Source: a virus | Lineage: Duplodnaviria; Caudoviricetes | IMG/VR virus record: IMGVR_UViG_2585427591_000001 | Coordinates: 22,653-86,652 of that record | Strand: one strand, 5' to 3' | DNA: 64,000 bases | In this document: in pieces, positions 19,399 through 29,703 of the stretch | How positions within the stretch are numbered: position 1 is the stretch's first letter | Layout of the letters: each line of letters starts with the position of its first letter | Notes under the pieces: model-generated | Told to the model about the DNA's origin: nothing | The model's database searches: none | The model's input: the letters and a program-made list of their open reading frames with translations, nothing else | Translations under genes and position numbers: made by a program

Positions 19399-20629
19399 GC
19401 CTTCATATCAACTGCATGTCGGAGATTGTGAAGACGTTCTGGAAGGATTCGCAGAGAACTCGATAGACGCGCTTGTGACTGATCCCCCCTATGGGTTGAC
19501 CGAACATTTAGATAAAAAGGTCATGCGTGACGTGCTGGCGCATTGGCTAAGTGGTGACGACTACCTGCATACCGGCGGTGGTTTCATGAATAAATCCTGG
19601 GACAGCTTTGTCCCCGCGCCAGCTGCATGGGAAGCGGCATACCGCGTCTTAAAACCGGGTGCCTGGTGCGCAATATTTGCGGGTAGCAGGACACAGGATC
19701 TGATGGGCATTTCCCTGCGCCTGGCCGGATTCGAAATCATGGACACAGGTATGTGGCTATACGGTTCTGGCTTTCCGAAGGCGCTCAATATATCAAAAGC
19801 TATTCGCAAGGCCTGCGGAACAGAAGCCCCTGAGTGGGAAGGCTTTGCAACGGCATTAAAGCCTGCCTATGAGCCGTTTATCCTTTGCAGAAAGCCACTG
19901 GAGGGAACCTACGTTAACAACATCCTCAAACACGGCGTAGGCGCAATGAACATCGGAGCGTGTCGCGTCCCTACGGGAGAACGGCTCAACGGCGGTGCCG
20001 GTGGCCAGCTATCAAATATTCGCGATGGTGACATACCGCAAGGCATCGAGTGGATGCAGGCGCAAGGTGGCCGCTGGCCGGCGAATATACTTCACGACGG
20101 CAGTGATGAAGTTCTCAGCGTGTTCCCGGCTAAAGCTGGCGCCGCTGCCCCCGTGCGCGGTACCGAACCGTCAACTGCCGGGGATGGAATGATCATGGGG
20201 CAGAGGAAAAGAGTAGCCACGTATTTTCACGGTGACTCTGGCAGTGCCGCCAGGTTCTTCTATTGCGCGAAGGTTACAAAATTCGAACGTGATGAAGGGA
20301 TGGAGAGGTTTATCCCGGTAGTCGCAGGCGAAATGGTTGGCGGCCGCAAAGAAGGCAGTGTAGGCATAAACACGCCCAGTGCTGGCGCTGGCCGCACTGG
20401 TGGTGCCCGTAACACGCACCCGACAGTTAAGCCTAAAGCCCTAATGCGTTTCATCTGCCGGCTGGTCACGCCACCGGGAGGTAAGATTCTGGATATGTAC
20501 ACAGGATCTGGAAGCACGGGTTGCGGGGCGCTGGAAGAAGGGTTTAGCTTCGTGGGTATCGAGCGAGACCCGGATGATGTTGTGACGGCCAGCGCGCGCA
20601 TAGCATACGCGTATAAGAATCTCGCTTAA
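19391..20629 (+). CDS. DNA methyltransferase (N6-adenine/N4-cytosine, beta class)
   Basis: TDPPYG motif IV, HPTVKP, and DMYTGSGST motif I near the C-terminus. Confidence 0.9.
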   Translation: MSRPSYQLHVGDCEDVLEGFAENSIDALVTDPPYGLTEHLDKKVMRDVLAHWLSGDDYLHTGGGFMNKSWDSFVPAPAAWEAAYRVLKPGAWCAIFAGSRTQDLMGISLRLAGFEIMDTGMWLYGSGFPKALNISKAIRKACGTEAPEWEGFATALKPAYEPFILCRKPLEGTYVNNILKHGVGAMNIGACRVPTGERLNGGAGGQLSNIRDGDIPQGIEWMQAQGGRWPANILHDGSDEVLSVFPAKAGAAAPVRGTEPSTAGDGMIMGQRKRVATYFHGDSGSAARFFYCAKVTKFERDEGMERFIPVVAGEMVGGRKEGSVGINTPSAGAGRTGGARNTHPTVKPKALMRFICRLVTPPGGKILDMYTGSGSTGCGALEEGFSFVGIERDPDDVVTASARIAYAYKNLA

Positions 20630-20916
20630 TTGCGCATCTCTTCTAAACGCTGCTCATATATTGCGGCCCCCGCGGTTCGCCCAGTTTCTGACAAACAAAA
20701 TGCGAGCTGAAGTGAGTTGCTTCTAAATTTTATCAGCAAACCGTTTTTAACGAGTGTGTGGCAAGAGGTCCGAAAATTAGTCGCAAAAACCGGCTGGCTT
20801 CGGACCGAGTTTATGATAGCCAGCAACTTAACGCCCGGTATCGGTCCCTCCCTCCCTTTACCTTCCAGATCGTTCAGAACAAACAGCAAATCCTTTTGTA
20901 GTGCAGAAAGTCTCAT
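20626..20916 (-). CDS. Small winged-helix plasmid-type protein
   Basis: LSALQKDLLFVL...NFRTSCHTLVKNGLL...LSETG; own promoter TTGACA-18-CACAAT on the minus strand (20983-20954). Confidence 0.65.
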   Translation of the reverse strand: MRLSALQKDLLFVLNDLEGKGREGPIPGVKLLAIINSVRSQPVFATNFRTSCHTLVKNGLLIKFRSNSLQLAFCLSETGRTAGAAIYEQRLEEMRN

Positions 20917-21014
20917 CGGAGCACCTATCCATATCTCACATGATTAGCGTGGGATTGTGCCGCTCATTTCTTAAACATGTCAAGAATGATTAAGCGATGA
21001 AAATAAATGCAGAA

Positions 21015-21030
21015 CTGTAAAAGCATACAG
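21015..21030. promoter_or_regulatory. Possible LexA (SOS) box
   Basis: CTGTAAAAGCATACAG = CTGT-N8-ACAG. Confidence 0.45.
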
Positions 21031-21031
21031 C

Positions 21032-21050
21032 GGTTCACAGTTGTTAGGCT
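21032..21050 (+). promoter_or_regulatory. Late promoter (PAAR/upfB)
   Basis: GGTTCAC-N6-TAGGCT. Confidence 0.75.
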
Positions 21051-21081
21051 CGGATAAATTCATCAATGCGAGCCACTGATT

Positions 21082-21366
21082 ATGTCCCTAATTGCGCAAC
21101 AAACTTCGATTTGCTCAGGTCACGACGGATACCCGCCGCGGCCGCCGGTTGCAGGCGTGCCCTTCTTTCTCGTTAACGGCATTCCGGTGCTCGTTAACGG
21201 CATTCCGTACGACAGACACACTGACGGCGACAGTATGCACGATGGCGTGGCCATCTCTACGCGCCCTTGGTTTCTTATCGATAGAATCCCGGTTGTTTGT
21301 GCCGGCGACCCCGTGTCGTGCGGTTCAGTTGTAGCCGCTGGTGACCCATTGGTCCTGATTTTTTAG
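21082..21366 (+). CDS. PAAR-domain spike tip protein (UpfC-like)
   Basis: CSGHDGYPPRP...H...H...GDPVSCGS. Confidence 0.85.
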   Translation: MSLIAQQTSICSGHDGYPPRPPVAGVPFFLVNGIPVLVNGIPYDRHTDGDSMHDGVAISTRPWFLIDRIPVVCAGDPVSCGSVVAAGDPLVLIF

Positions 21367-21374
21367 GAGATTAC

Positions 21375-22130
21375 ATGCTTGAGCAAGCGTACCAGGAAGA
21401 AGCATTTTTCGCGTTGCGAGCCGCGGGCGGGTTAACGCCTCCTTCTTCTGCCCAGCTTTATCAGCAATCCATAATGCTGATTCAAAAGCTGGCAGATGAA
21501 TTGATCAGCCTTACTCCAGAGTCAGTCATCTATCCCGCGTCGCTAGCAGACGAGCTAAGCCGCATTGATGCCGTGGTTGAGGTTTTGACAGATTCGATTC
21601 CAACAATAGAGAAAATGGTAAAGCTGATTAACGAACAATCGTCATTATCTGCGCTTGTTCGTCTGCAAATCGGCTGGGATCTGTATTGCCGCTTATATGA
21701 CGTGGCGGACGGCTTACCACCGGCAATGACGGAAGCAATAGCCGATGTAACTACCCCGGCCGCTTTGGTAGAACTACTTCGCTCCATTTCGACTGAAGAT
21801 ATAAAGCAGGCTTTTGCACTGCTCAATAACTATCTGATTGCATCAGCGCCAGCCACCCCGCTGCCGGGATCAGTAGTGACTGAGATTACGCAGGTCATAG
21901 ACACGTTTATCAGCGACGTAGCGCCGCTCGATGGGTTGATTGCGACAGTTCAGCGCGATTATTTCGCCGCGGTAAATAGCCTCGGCCTGGCATCGTCTAC
22001 GTTCAACGATGCCGTGACCGTCAGTCTTCTGGATACGCTGACCAATCCCCCTGCAAACAGCGTCTCTGAGGCAGTCAAAAGTGTCACGCCACCAGCAGTT
22101 ATCAGCATTCTGGAAAATAGCAAATTCTGA
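21375..22130 (+). CDS. UpfB-like virion-associated protein
   Basis: 251-aa helical protein following PAAR, as in P1 upfC-upfB. Confidence 0.55.
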   Translation: MLEQAYQEEAFFALRAAGGLTPPSSAQLYQQSIMLIQKLADELISLTPESVIYPASLADELSRIDAVVEVLTDSIPTIEKMVKLINEQSSLSALVRLQIGWDLYCRLYDVADGLPPAMTEAIADVTTPAALVELLRSISTEDIKQAFALLNNYLIASAPATPLPGSVVTEITQVIDTFISDVAPLDGLIATVQRDYFAAVNSLGLASSTFNDAVTVSLLDTLTNPPANSVSEAVKSVTPPAVISILENSKF

Positions 22131-22140
22131 CGCGGTGCGC

Positions 22141-22159
22141 GGTTCACTTTCATTATTCT
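22141..22159 (+). promoter_or_regulatory. Late promoter (capsid operon)
   Basis: GGTTCAC-N6-TATTCT. Confidence 0.75.
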
Positions 22160-22224
22160 CATCGCACTAAGTGCAATTAAGCAGCAACGTAGCACTGATC
22201 GTTCGCAACATTTAAGGGGTATTT

Positions 22225-23994
22225 ATGAACAAAGACTTAACGGAAAGTAATAATCGAATTGCGGAAATCGGCGAACGATCAAGCCGCATGCTTGCGATTG
22301 TTTCTACCGCACAGTGTGATGAGAACGGGCAATATATTAAGGACAAAGCAACACGCTGCCAGAGCATTGCTAATGCAGCGAAAATGGACCCGCTGTTCGA
22401 ATCGCATAACCCCCGTGTAGCTGAGTTAGTTAGCACGGCATGGGCCTCTGCATATGCTGATTATTGCAACACTCATGATGCACCGCCCCGCACTGAATTG
22501 CTTGCGGCGTGCCACAAGGCAGCTGAAAATCTATTGTTGCTTGAATCATCAAGAACTGAAAAAAACCAGGTGCTATTTTCAGCCGGTATGCTTCTGGAAA
22601 GCGCCGGTGATGGCAACGTTGGAAGTGGTGGGAACGATTTAACTACCTCTGCCGGCGTTATTAAACTCGCTACCTACGTTGCTATGATCCTGCCAGTCGC
22701 ACTTGGCGCGCAGACAAGCGATGCGTGTACGTTTATCCCTTGCGAAAAAGAACGCAGTAAAATATTCGAAATCATCAACATTGCTGGTAATACGTTCGGC
22801 GATTTAGTTGCTAACCAGCAAATTGATATGACAACCGTTGGCTCTTATTCGCAGATGCGTCGTATAGATACATTTCCTGTCCAGCCAAGTGGCATCAAAG
22901 AAACATATACTTACAATGTGAAGGATAAGGAAAAGAAAGACGCGCCGATCCGACCAAAACGCACTGTTTTGTATATTAACCGCATACCAACTGCGCCCGA
23001 CAACGGCTCGGGAAATCTCTATCACACGATTGAAAGCGATTCAGCTCCAATCACAATCAATGCAACCCTGGATTACAGCATTGGTAAGGTGGAAGTAGCA
23101 ACTTCTGGTGCTTTACCAGATGGAATGGCATTAGATATCGGTTACGAACTTGATGTGGAAACCGATCCAAGCCTCATCCCGACCATAACGCATGCCATGC
23201 TCGATTATGAGCTGTTCCCTTCATATTACTATCTGGCTGCCGAACATAGCGTGCAGGCATATCATGATTTGATGCGTGAATTCGGTCTGGATCTGAATAG
23301 CCTCTCTTACCGCACGCTCCGTGATTACCTTTCTCACGAAGTAGACATGATGCGCCTGCGTATCATGGCCTGGCGCTGTATTCATAAAACTGCGTACGAC
23401 ATTTCTTTGCCGGATACTCAGTCTTTTGACAGTTACGCCGCGTTACTCCGCGGAAAATTTAATGACATTTCAACCGGGATCATTAATCGAACCCGCATTA
23501 CCGGTATGACAGGCGCGTTTGCTGGTGCCAATGCATCGAGCATCATTAAACAACTGCCATCATCAATGTTCACGCCTGCGCCAAACTACCGCCAGACGCC
23601 TCATGTGCATTACATCGGCATGCTATTTGGTGTGTACCGCATCTTTGAAGTGCCTGAACTGGTCTGCGAGTCGCTTACTACGCTGGGGTCTGAATTTAAG
23701 GTCAATCAGATGCTCTGTTATGGCCGCGGGGAAGGCATTGCGCAAGCGGGCTTCGTGACGGGTGATGCTATTCCGGCTATTCCGTTTGTTCACCCAACCA
23801 ATCCGCAGCTTCGTGATCGCACAACCATTATGGGCAGCGCGATCAACGAAATTCACCCGCGCCGCGGTGAAGACTTTTTTGTGATGCTTGAACTCAAACA
23901 AGAGAAAGAAGGTGCGCTGAATCTGAGTAGCGGTGAATACATCAAAGCGCCAGCGCAGCCCGCTGAAGACGAAACCGTAGTAGTACCAGCCTAA
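22225..23994 (+). CDS. Major capsid protein gp23-like
   Basis: 589 aa; ILPVALGA..SDACTFIP and GDAIPAIPFVHP; N-terminal propeptide with LLES motifs. Confidence 0.85.
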   Translation: MNKDLTESNNRIAEIGERSSRMLAIVSTAQCDENGQYIKDKATRCQSIANAAKMDPLFESHNPRVAELVSTAWASAYADYCNTHDAPPRTELLAACHKAAENLLLLESSRTEKNQVLFSAGMLLESAGDGNVGSGGNDLTTSAGVIKLATYVAMILPVALGAQTSDACTFIPCEKERSKIFEIINIAGNTFGDLVANQQIDMTTVGSYSQMRRIDTFPVQPSGIKETYTYNVKDKEKKDAPIRPKRTVLYINRIPTAPDNGSGNLYHTIESDSAPITINATLDYSIGKVEVATSGALPDGMALDIGYELDVETDPSLIPTITHAMLDYELFPSYYYLAAEHSVQAYHDLMREFGLDLNSLSYRTLRDYLSHEVDMMRLRIMAWRCIHKTAYDISLPDTQSFDSYAALLRGKFNDISTGIINRTRITGMTGAFAGANASSIIKQLPSSMFTPAPNYRQTPHVHYIGMLFGVYRIFEVPELVCESLTTLGSEFKVNQMLCYGRGEGIAQAGFVTGDAIPAIPFVHPTNPQLRDRTTIMGSAINEIHPRRGEDFFVMLELKQEKEGALNLSSGEYIKAPAQPAEDETVVVPA

Positions 23995-24045
23995 CCACTC
24001 GTCACCCGCACACAGCATCTGGTGTGCGGGTGAATAGGAGCAATC

Positions 24046-25758
24046 ATGGATATACCTTTCGCTACATCTAACGTCGCCGGCGTCTCAATCGCGCGCGTGA
24101 ATGCAGAGAATACGCTTTCGCTGAGTGCAGGTAACGGTAACTCGGTATTCGTTGGCCTTGTCGTTTCTGCCCGCGGCAAGCCATTCACGCGGCTGGCAAT
24201 AACAAAAGACAATCTCTATAAAGTCCTTGGCGCGCCGATCCATCCCTCAGTTGGTCGCTGTTATGAGCCAATGCGCCACATTGAAGAAGCCGTACAAGGT
24301 GGTGGTGGTTATGTCGTTCGCGTCCCTTCAGACGATGCTCGATACCCTGTTTTGACATGGGCCAATCCAGCGCCAGCACTACTAAAAGCAACGACCAAAA
24401 CGGCAGGTGTAAAAGGCAAAACGTTGTTGAAAGCTGATGGTGACGGTGAAGGAGAAGAGGTCCCGCCGGTTGTAGAGCCGGTTGTTCCTAATGAGACGGC
24501 GACCGTTTCATATGTCACTAAGACGGGCATGCAATACGGGAACGAGCCAGAGTTAAAAGACGGCCAGTTGCTGATTATTTACATCGTTGACGGGGACCCA
24601 TCTACAACTCGTTCAATTGAATTTAAGCGGGATACGATTAATAGCGAACGCATGTTTTTGACGTTATCAGAAACAAGTTCCCTGGGTATCGTATCGCAGC
24701 TGGAAACCCTCACCGTTTCGCTATCCACGTCTGTTAAAGACGATTATGGCGATCCGGCGTGGATTGAAACAGCGCTGGAAAGTAAATCTAAATATCTGCG
24801 CGCCATTTCCCTGCCCGACCCAAACCCCGAACTCTTCAAAGACGCTATTGAGAGTCTTACCGCTGGCCCCGTTACCTTTGAAAAGGGCACGAACGGCGAT
24901 ATGAACAACATTGGCGTCGAAAATTATCACCGGGCACTGACCGTTCTACGCGCCGAAGAAATTTACTTCACTGCCGTACTGAGCCTCGGCTGTTATGACA
25001 TAACCGTACTCGGCGCGCTAAGCGACCTAGCGAAAAACCGAAGAGTTGATGCCTTCTTTGATATCGATCCTCGGCTCAGCTACTCGGATGCTCTCACGAC
25101 ATCTGACGAATGGTCATTTAACGACCATGAATGGTTGTCGCTTTATCATTATCCGTATACCTACCGCGATAAGAGCTCAAGAGCCAACATCGTTTGCGGC
25201 ATTTCGGGTACCGCTTTCCTCACCAAGTCGAAAGGGGTTCAAAAGGTCCCGGACATCGGCGGCTGGCATTATTCGGCAGCTGGTGAAGAGCGTGGCGTGA
25301 TCGGGCGAAGCAATCAGAAAATTGCATCCTGGGCTGGCGAGCCAGATTACGAAGCGATGTATCTGAAGCGCCTAAATAAGACGTCGATTACACGCAATGG
25401 CGTATCAATTATAGATGATGGCCTGGCTGCATACCGACGCGATAACGACCTCCGCTTTGCGCACGTCAATTCCACAATGAACGCGATTGCACGTGACGTT
25501 AACCAATACTGCCAAACCGTGAAGCACAACCCGGATGGAATCACGCGCGATAGTTTGGAGCGCAACATTCCGAAAATTCTTGATGGCTACGTGACGTCTG
25601 GTGCCCTTGTGCCCCCATCTGATCCCGATTCAAACGGCACTGATCCTTATATCGTCATTATCTCTAAAGATGAGTCTGATTTGTGGCGTATTGACTATGC
25701 ATGCTGCGTAACCGGTTCGTCTCGTCGTATCGCTGCAGTGCCATCACTCATCAAGTAA
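24046..25758 (+). CDS. Tail sheath protein gp22-like
   Basis: ARGKPF..L, C-terminal sheath-like LRFAHVNS.MNAIAR; follows the capsid gene as in P1. Confidence 0.82.
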   Translation: MDIPFATSNVAGVSIARVNAENTLSLSAGNGNSVFVGLVVSARGKPFTRLAITKDNLYKVLGAPIHPSVGRCYEPMRHIEEAVQGGGGYVVRVPSDDARYPVLTWANPAPALLKATTKTAGVKGKTLLKADGDGEGEEVPPVVEPVVPNETATVSYVTKTGMQYGNEPELKDGQLLIIYIVDGDPSTTRSIEFKRDTINSERMFLTLSETSSLGIVSQLETLTVSLSTSVKDDYGDPAWIETALESKSKYLRAISLPDPNPELFKDAIESLTAGPVTFEKGTNGDMNNIGVENYHRALTVLRAEEIYFTAVLSLGCYDITVLGALSDLAKNRRVDAFFDIDPRLSYSDALTTSDEWSFNDHEWLSLYHYPYTYRDKSSRANIVCGISGTAFLTKSKGVQKVPDIGGWHYSAAGEERGVIGRSNQKIASWAGEPDYEAMYLKRLNKTSITRNGVSIIDDGLAAYRRDNDLRFAHVNSTMNAIARDVNQYCQTVKHNPDGITRDSLERNIPKILDGYVTSGALVPPSDPDSNGTDPYIVIISKDESDLWRIDYACCVTGSSRRIAAVPSLIK

Positions 25759-25771
25759 GAAGGAATTCACG

Positions 25772-26497
25772 ATGACTGGAAAATTTGAATCCGGCGCTTT
25801 TTTCGCAGATGCGATGTTGCTCGAAAGCGCTTTCCGTAAAAAACCCGCGGAGGAAGTAGAAAAGCCGCCGGTTGTTGTGCCACCAGCCGAAATGACGGAA
25901 GAACAAGCCTGGGGATTATTGCTCGAAGCCGCTAGCGCGCGTGCTGATCAAAGTGACCGCGCCGCGGCCGCGGCCGCCGTGATCGAATGGGCTGAAGGTG
26001 GTGATGCGTCATGGGATGCCTTCGACGCGCTTGCGTATGGGCTGGCGCTGGAAAGCGAAGGCCTTGATCCCGAGGATGACGCGGAAATTGAAAGCACAGA
26101 CGACCTGAATGGCACGTATAACTCAATCCTGGTCCTGATGGCGGAAGCCGCGGCGATGTTTGGTGCTGATGACGCGGACATTGCGACTTTCATTGACGAA
26201 GAAGACGAAGAGGCTGGCGAAAAAGTCATGAATGCCGTGTCTGGCATTGATGAAGAAGAAGCCGATGACCTGATCGCGACATTCGTGGCCGGTGGCGATG
26301 AAGAGTTGTTTGAAGCCGTTAAAAAAGTTGTCCGTAACGGCAAAGTGAAGCTCATCAAAAAGAAAATCCGCCCCCGCCGTATGAATGGTGCCCAGCGTGC
26401 TGCGCTGAAAAAAGCCCGGCGCAAGTCGAACACCAGCTCAGCGAAAATGAAGCGTAAAAAATCGATGAAGATCCGCAAAAAACGCTTCGGTAAGTAA
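25772..26497 (+). CDS. gp21-like protein (acidic core, basic tail)
   Basis: Acidic body, KKVVRNGKVKLIKK...KKARRK tail; synteny. Confidence 0.7.
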   Translation: MTGKFESGAFFADAMLLESAFRKKPAEEVEKPPVVVPPAEMTEEQAWGLLLEAASARADQSDRAAAAAAVIEWAEGGDASWDAFDALAYGLALESEGLDPEDDAEIESTDDLNGTYNSILVLMAEAAAMFGADDADIATFIDEEDEEAGEKVMNAVSGIDEEEADDLIATFVAGGDEELFEAVKKVVRNGKVKLIKKKIRPRRMNGAQRAALKKARRKSNTSSAKMKRKKSMKIRKKRFGK

Positions 26498-26565
26498 GCG
26501 TACAGGCCACCTGGCTTATCTGGGTGGCCGTTAAGTATCTTTAAGGCGCAGTGGCGGGGTTCAGC

Positions 26566-27138
26566 ATGCAGTACGGCGCAGTGTTTCCAGATGGGGTAAG
26601 CAAGTATCTGAAGGTGTACATCACATCCGGGGAAGACTCGGTAACCGGGTACCTCACAGACGGCGGCAGTGCAGAACTTACTGCTAACTGGATGTCAGCA
26701 TTTGAGGGTGATTCCCTGGGCTCAGTAGCAGGTGAGTCACTTTCTAACGCCACCCAGGCAGTGACGAATACGACGAGTATTTCTCGTTTTAACTCGCTGC
26801 TGGTGTGGAACGGTTCAACGCCAATGACGTTTAACTTGCCCGTGTACTTCCAGGCCACTGCTGATGCGAATCTTGAGGTAAATGCCGCGATCATGGCGCT
26901 AAGCGCGATGGCCTCACCGGAGTTGGGTGACTTCACGCCAATGGGCCGCCGGCCTTTGCCTGCAATTTTAGATATCGGCCGGCGTATAAAGATTTTTGAC
27001 GTCGTTATTCAAAACGTAACTTATGAACTCGACGCGCCAAAAACTTCGGATGGCTTTTTCACGCACAACACAGTGAATTTGCAGATCACAGCGATGGCCG
27101 TAACAAACCGTTCAGAAATGGCAACGCTATTTATTTAA
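26566..27138 (+). CDS. pmgG: Morphogenetic protein PmgG-like
   Basis: Synteny 21-pmgG-bplB; tube-initiator-like sequence. Confidence 0.6.
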   Translation: MQYGAVFPDGVSKYLKVYITSGEDSVTGYLTDGGSAELTANWMSAFEGDSLGSVAGESLSNATQAVTNTTSISRFNSLLVWNGSTPMTFNLPVYFQATADANLEVNAAIMALSAMASPELGDFTPMGRRPLPAILDIGRRIKIFDVVIQNVTYELDAPKTSDGFFTHNTVNLQITAMAVTNRSEMATLFI

Positions 27139-27151
27139 GTGAGGAATAACC

Positions 27152-27652
27152 ATGAGTACAGGACATTTTAACTCCCGCGGCAACGTGGGTTATCTCAAAG
27201 AGAAATACAATCGCAACCGCGCCGCGGGTGAAAAGCTGATTGCCAGTGAGTTTGAAATGGTAATTCACGGCTTCGAGCATATGTCAGTACTTGTACGCTC
27301 GACTCAATTCCCTGAAATGAGCCGACAGGATGTTGAGGACTTCGGCCCAATGGGGTTGATTTTCAATCAGCACGGGGCACTGAAGAACGGCGGAGAAATA
27401 CAGGTGCAGTGCGTTGAAACCATCATTGGTGATGTCGCCGGGATGGTTAAAAAAATCGTCAAAGAAAAGAGCTATCACGACATTACCTTGCGTGCTACCC
27501 CTGAATCATTACTCGGGATCGGGTCAAAGGCCATCACAAGCGAGATGTCAGACTGTAAAATTTACAGCGATCAAATTGATGTAAGCACTGAAGACGGTGC
27601 CGCACTTGTCCGCCCTTCTCTGCGCATTGTGTACAACTGGGTTGATTATTAA
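27152..27652 (+). CDS. bplB: BplB-like tail tube/baseplate protein
   Basis: 166 aa; REDVED-like RQDVEDFGP and IVYNW end; synteny. Confidence 0.65.
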   Translation: MSTGHFNSRGNVGYLKEKYNRNRAAGEKLIASEFEMVIHGFEHMSVLVRSTQFPEMSRQDVEDFGPMGLIFNQHGALKNGGEIQVQCVETIIGDVAGMVKKIVKEKSYHDITLRATPESLLGIGSKAITSEMSDCKIYSDQIDVSTEDGAALVRPSLRIVYNWVDY

Positions 27653-28206
27653 TGACTCCGCACGCGTTGCTTACAACCGTCAAATTGCGCTTCCCGGTGT
27701 TGCTTCACGATGACGAGGCAGCACTGGACAATTTGCTTGTGCAGGCACTTGGCACTTATCAAGACAAAGCTGGATGCATTAACTCAACCACCATTGCTAA
27801 ATCTGGTGACAATTCACTCACGCGCGCCCTTCCTGCTGATTACCTGGCGATGGTTGGCGTTGTCGATAGTGAAGGCAGTTATGTCTGTTCCAGCATTGTT
27901 GACAGTCAGTTAATCCTTGAGCCCGATTGCTATACCAGCTGGCCGCTTAAATTTATGTATCTCGTCAATCTGCGTGAAATGGACCTCGATAAAGGCACCG
28001 TGCCACCAAACATCATTGGCAAAGTGCAAAATTATCTCGAAGCACTTATTGCGATCCCTAACATCGAACGTCTTCGCCGCGTTTCCATAGCGGGCAAATA
28101 CGACGTTATGAACCTTCCCGACGAGTCAACATTGTACGAACGTGCGCGCCAGCTCGAAGAAGATATGGCAAACCACCGCGCCATTCTTCCAATGTTCACC
28201 AGCTGA
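27652..28206 (+). CDS. pmgC: PmgC-like head-tail adaptor
   Basis: MTP..LL..VK.RF..LL.DDE..L..LL.QALGTYQD; precedes tub. Confidence 0.6.
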   Translation: MTPHALLTTVKLRFPVLLHDDEAALDNLLVQALGTYQDKAGCINSTTIAKSGDNSLTRALPADYLAMVGVVDSEGSYVCSSIVDSQLILEPDCYTSWPLKFMYLVNLREMDLDKGTVPPNIIGKVQNYLEALIAIPNIERLRRVSIAGKYDVMNLPDESTLYERARQLEEDMANHRAILPMFTS

Positions 28207-28216
28207 CGGTATCAAT

Positions 28217-28837
28217 ATGGGCCTACTTCTCGATCCTTACGCCATTGTTGCTCCTATCAAAGACTCCGGCCGCGTATTAGGCGCGATTGACCGAATCGGC
28301 AGCCTTTCAACGATTTTCAGTTCATCTATCCCAACCGCTGAAATCCTCTACTGTAAAGGGCTGGCGCGCCAGTTGGTGCGTATGCGCTTTGCACAGGGCT
28401 GGGAATGGGCAATCGATGTGGAAGGTTTTCCCGGACTCGATATGTTCGTTAAAGACGTGACATATGGCGTGGGTTCAATAGAGACAGAAGAGAAACGGAT
28501 CGGCGGTGGCGTTATCAATAAACCAACGCACAGGAATGCGGGGACCGTCACGATGGTTGCGCGTGACACAAAAGAAGGCCTTGTTGGCACCTGGTTCGAC
28601 GCATGCAGCTCAAAAGTCGTTAACCGCGACGGGACCGTCAATTTGCCAGCTGCATACCTTCTTACGCTTCGCATTTATAAGCTACTCGATGGCGCGTTGT
28701 TGCCAGAAGGCGTATGGCGCGTCATTCCAACTGAGCGCGGCGAGATATCCCGTGCGCGTGATCAGATCGGTGAGTTTCATTCATTCCCGATGACCTTTAA
28801 TAAACACAGCACATTCGACGTGCTGGGGGTTATGTGA
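28217..28837 (+). CDS. tub: Tail tube-like protein Tub
   Basis: FAQGWEW...FVKDVTYG...VN.DGTVNLP..Y; synteny. Confidence 0.7.
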   Translation: MGLLLDPYAIVAPIKDSGRVLGAIDRIGSLSTIFSSSIPTAEILYCKGLARQLVRMRFAQGWEWAIDVEGFPGLDMFVKDVTYGVGSIETEEKRIGGGVINKPTHRNAGTVTMVARDTKEGLVGTWFDACSSKVVNRDGTVNLPAAYLLTLRIYKLLDGALLPEGVWRVIPTERGEISRARDQIGEFHSFPMTFNKHSTFDVLGVM

Positions 28838-29703
28838 TGTCGATACCTGAGTTCCCCCTACCCTCCCGCCCTACCCATAAAATCAACTTCCGCGAACCGG
28901 ACGTTCAAACAGGCATGCGCTTCTGCGACATAAACGAGGCATTTGAAGAGAACGCGACGACTGAATATCTCAATCTGCTTCAGATAGGCACACTCTCGGA
29001 TAGCAGATTCTGGACGGCGCAGGACCGGCGCACGGCGCTATGGTGGATATACCTGTTCTCGCAGACGGACCCGACGATCACAGTCAAGTACGATTGCTCA
29101 CACTGCGGCGAGGCACACTACTATGACTGCGATATGAGGCTGCTCGACGAAGAAGCCACTTATCTTGAGCGCGAGCCCTCAATTCAGGTAACGATGAATG
29201 CCGCAGGTGAATCCTATGAATGGCTGCTTGTGCCACTCAACGGCGTAGCCATGGAGAACCTTGAAAAAATGCGCAGCCGTCTGCCGGAAGATATCGACTC
29301 TGCAGAATATAAACGGGGGCTGGCAGACTTAAGGATCTGGGAGTTGGTTTATCAGGCCAGACTTTTTTACGACCTCGACCCGGCTTTTGATGCGGCTGCT
29401 AACAGGCGATATGACTTAGTGCAAACAATGTCACTCGATATTGAATTCATACACTTTGTTGCGCGCATTTCCCAGGCGCAGCAAGTACTGAAACATGGGC
29501 TGAACATGCAGTTTGACGACGGCCGGGCGATGCTCATTTTACCAAAGCACTATTGCGACGCAGATAAGGCCAAGGAGGCAGGAAGACCCTATACGCGTCT
29601 CCTGCTTGGCTTTCGGAATATCTTCTTCCTGCCAAATTCTGGATACGATTGGCTGGCAGATTTTAGTGAACAACCTGACCCTATACGCTGGCCAGTCGAT
29701 TGA
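28834..29703 (+). CDS. pmgB: PmgB-like tail assembly chaperone
   Basis: IPEFPLPSRP, WTAQDR, CSHCG; lies between tub and the tape-measure gene. Confidence 0.7.
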   Translation: MMSIPEFPLPSRPTHKINFREPDVQTGMRFCDINEAFEENATTEYLNLLQIGTLSDSRFWTAQDRRTALWWIYLFSQTDPTITVKYDCSHCGEAHYYDCDMRLLDEEATYLEREPSIQVTMNAAGESYEWLLVPLNGVAMENLEKMRSRLPEDIDSAEYKRGLADLRIWELVYQARLFYDLDPAFDAAANRRYDLVQTMSLDIEFIHFVARISQAQQVLKHGLNMQFDDGRAMLILPKHYCDADKAKEAGRPYTRLLLGFRNIFFLPNSGYDWLADFSEQPDPIRWPVD

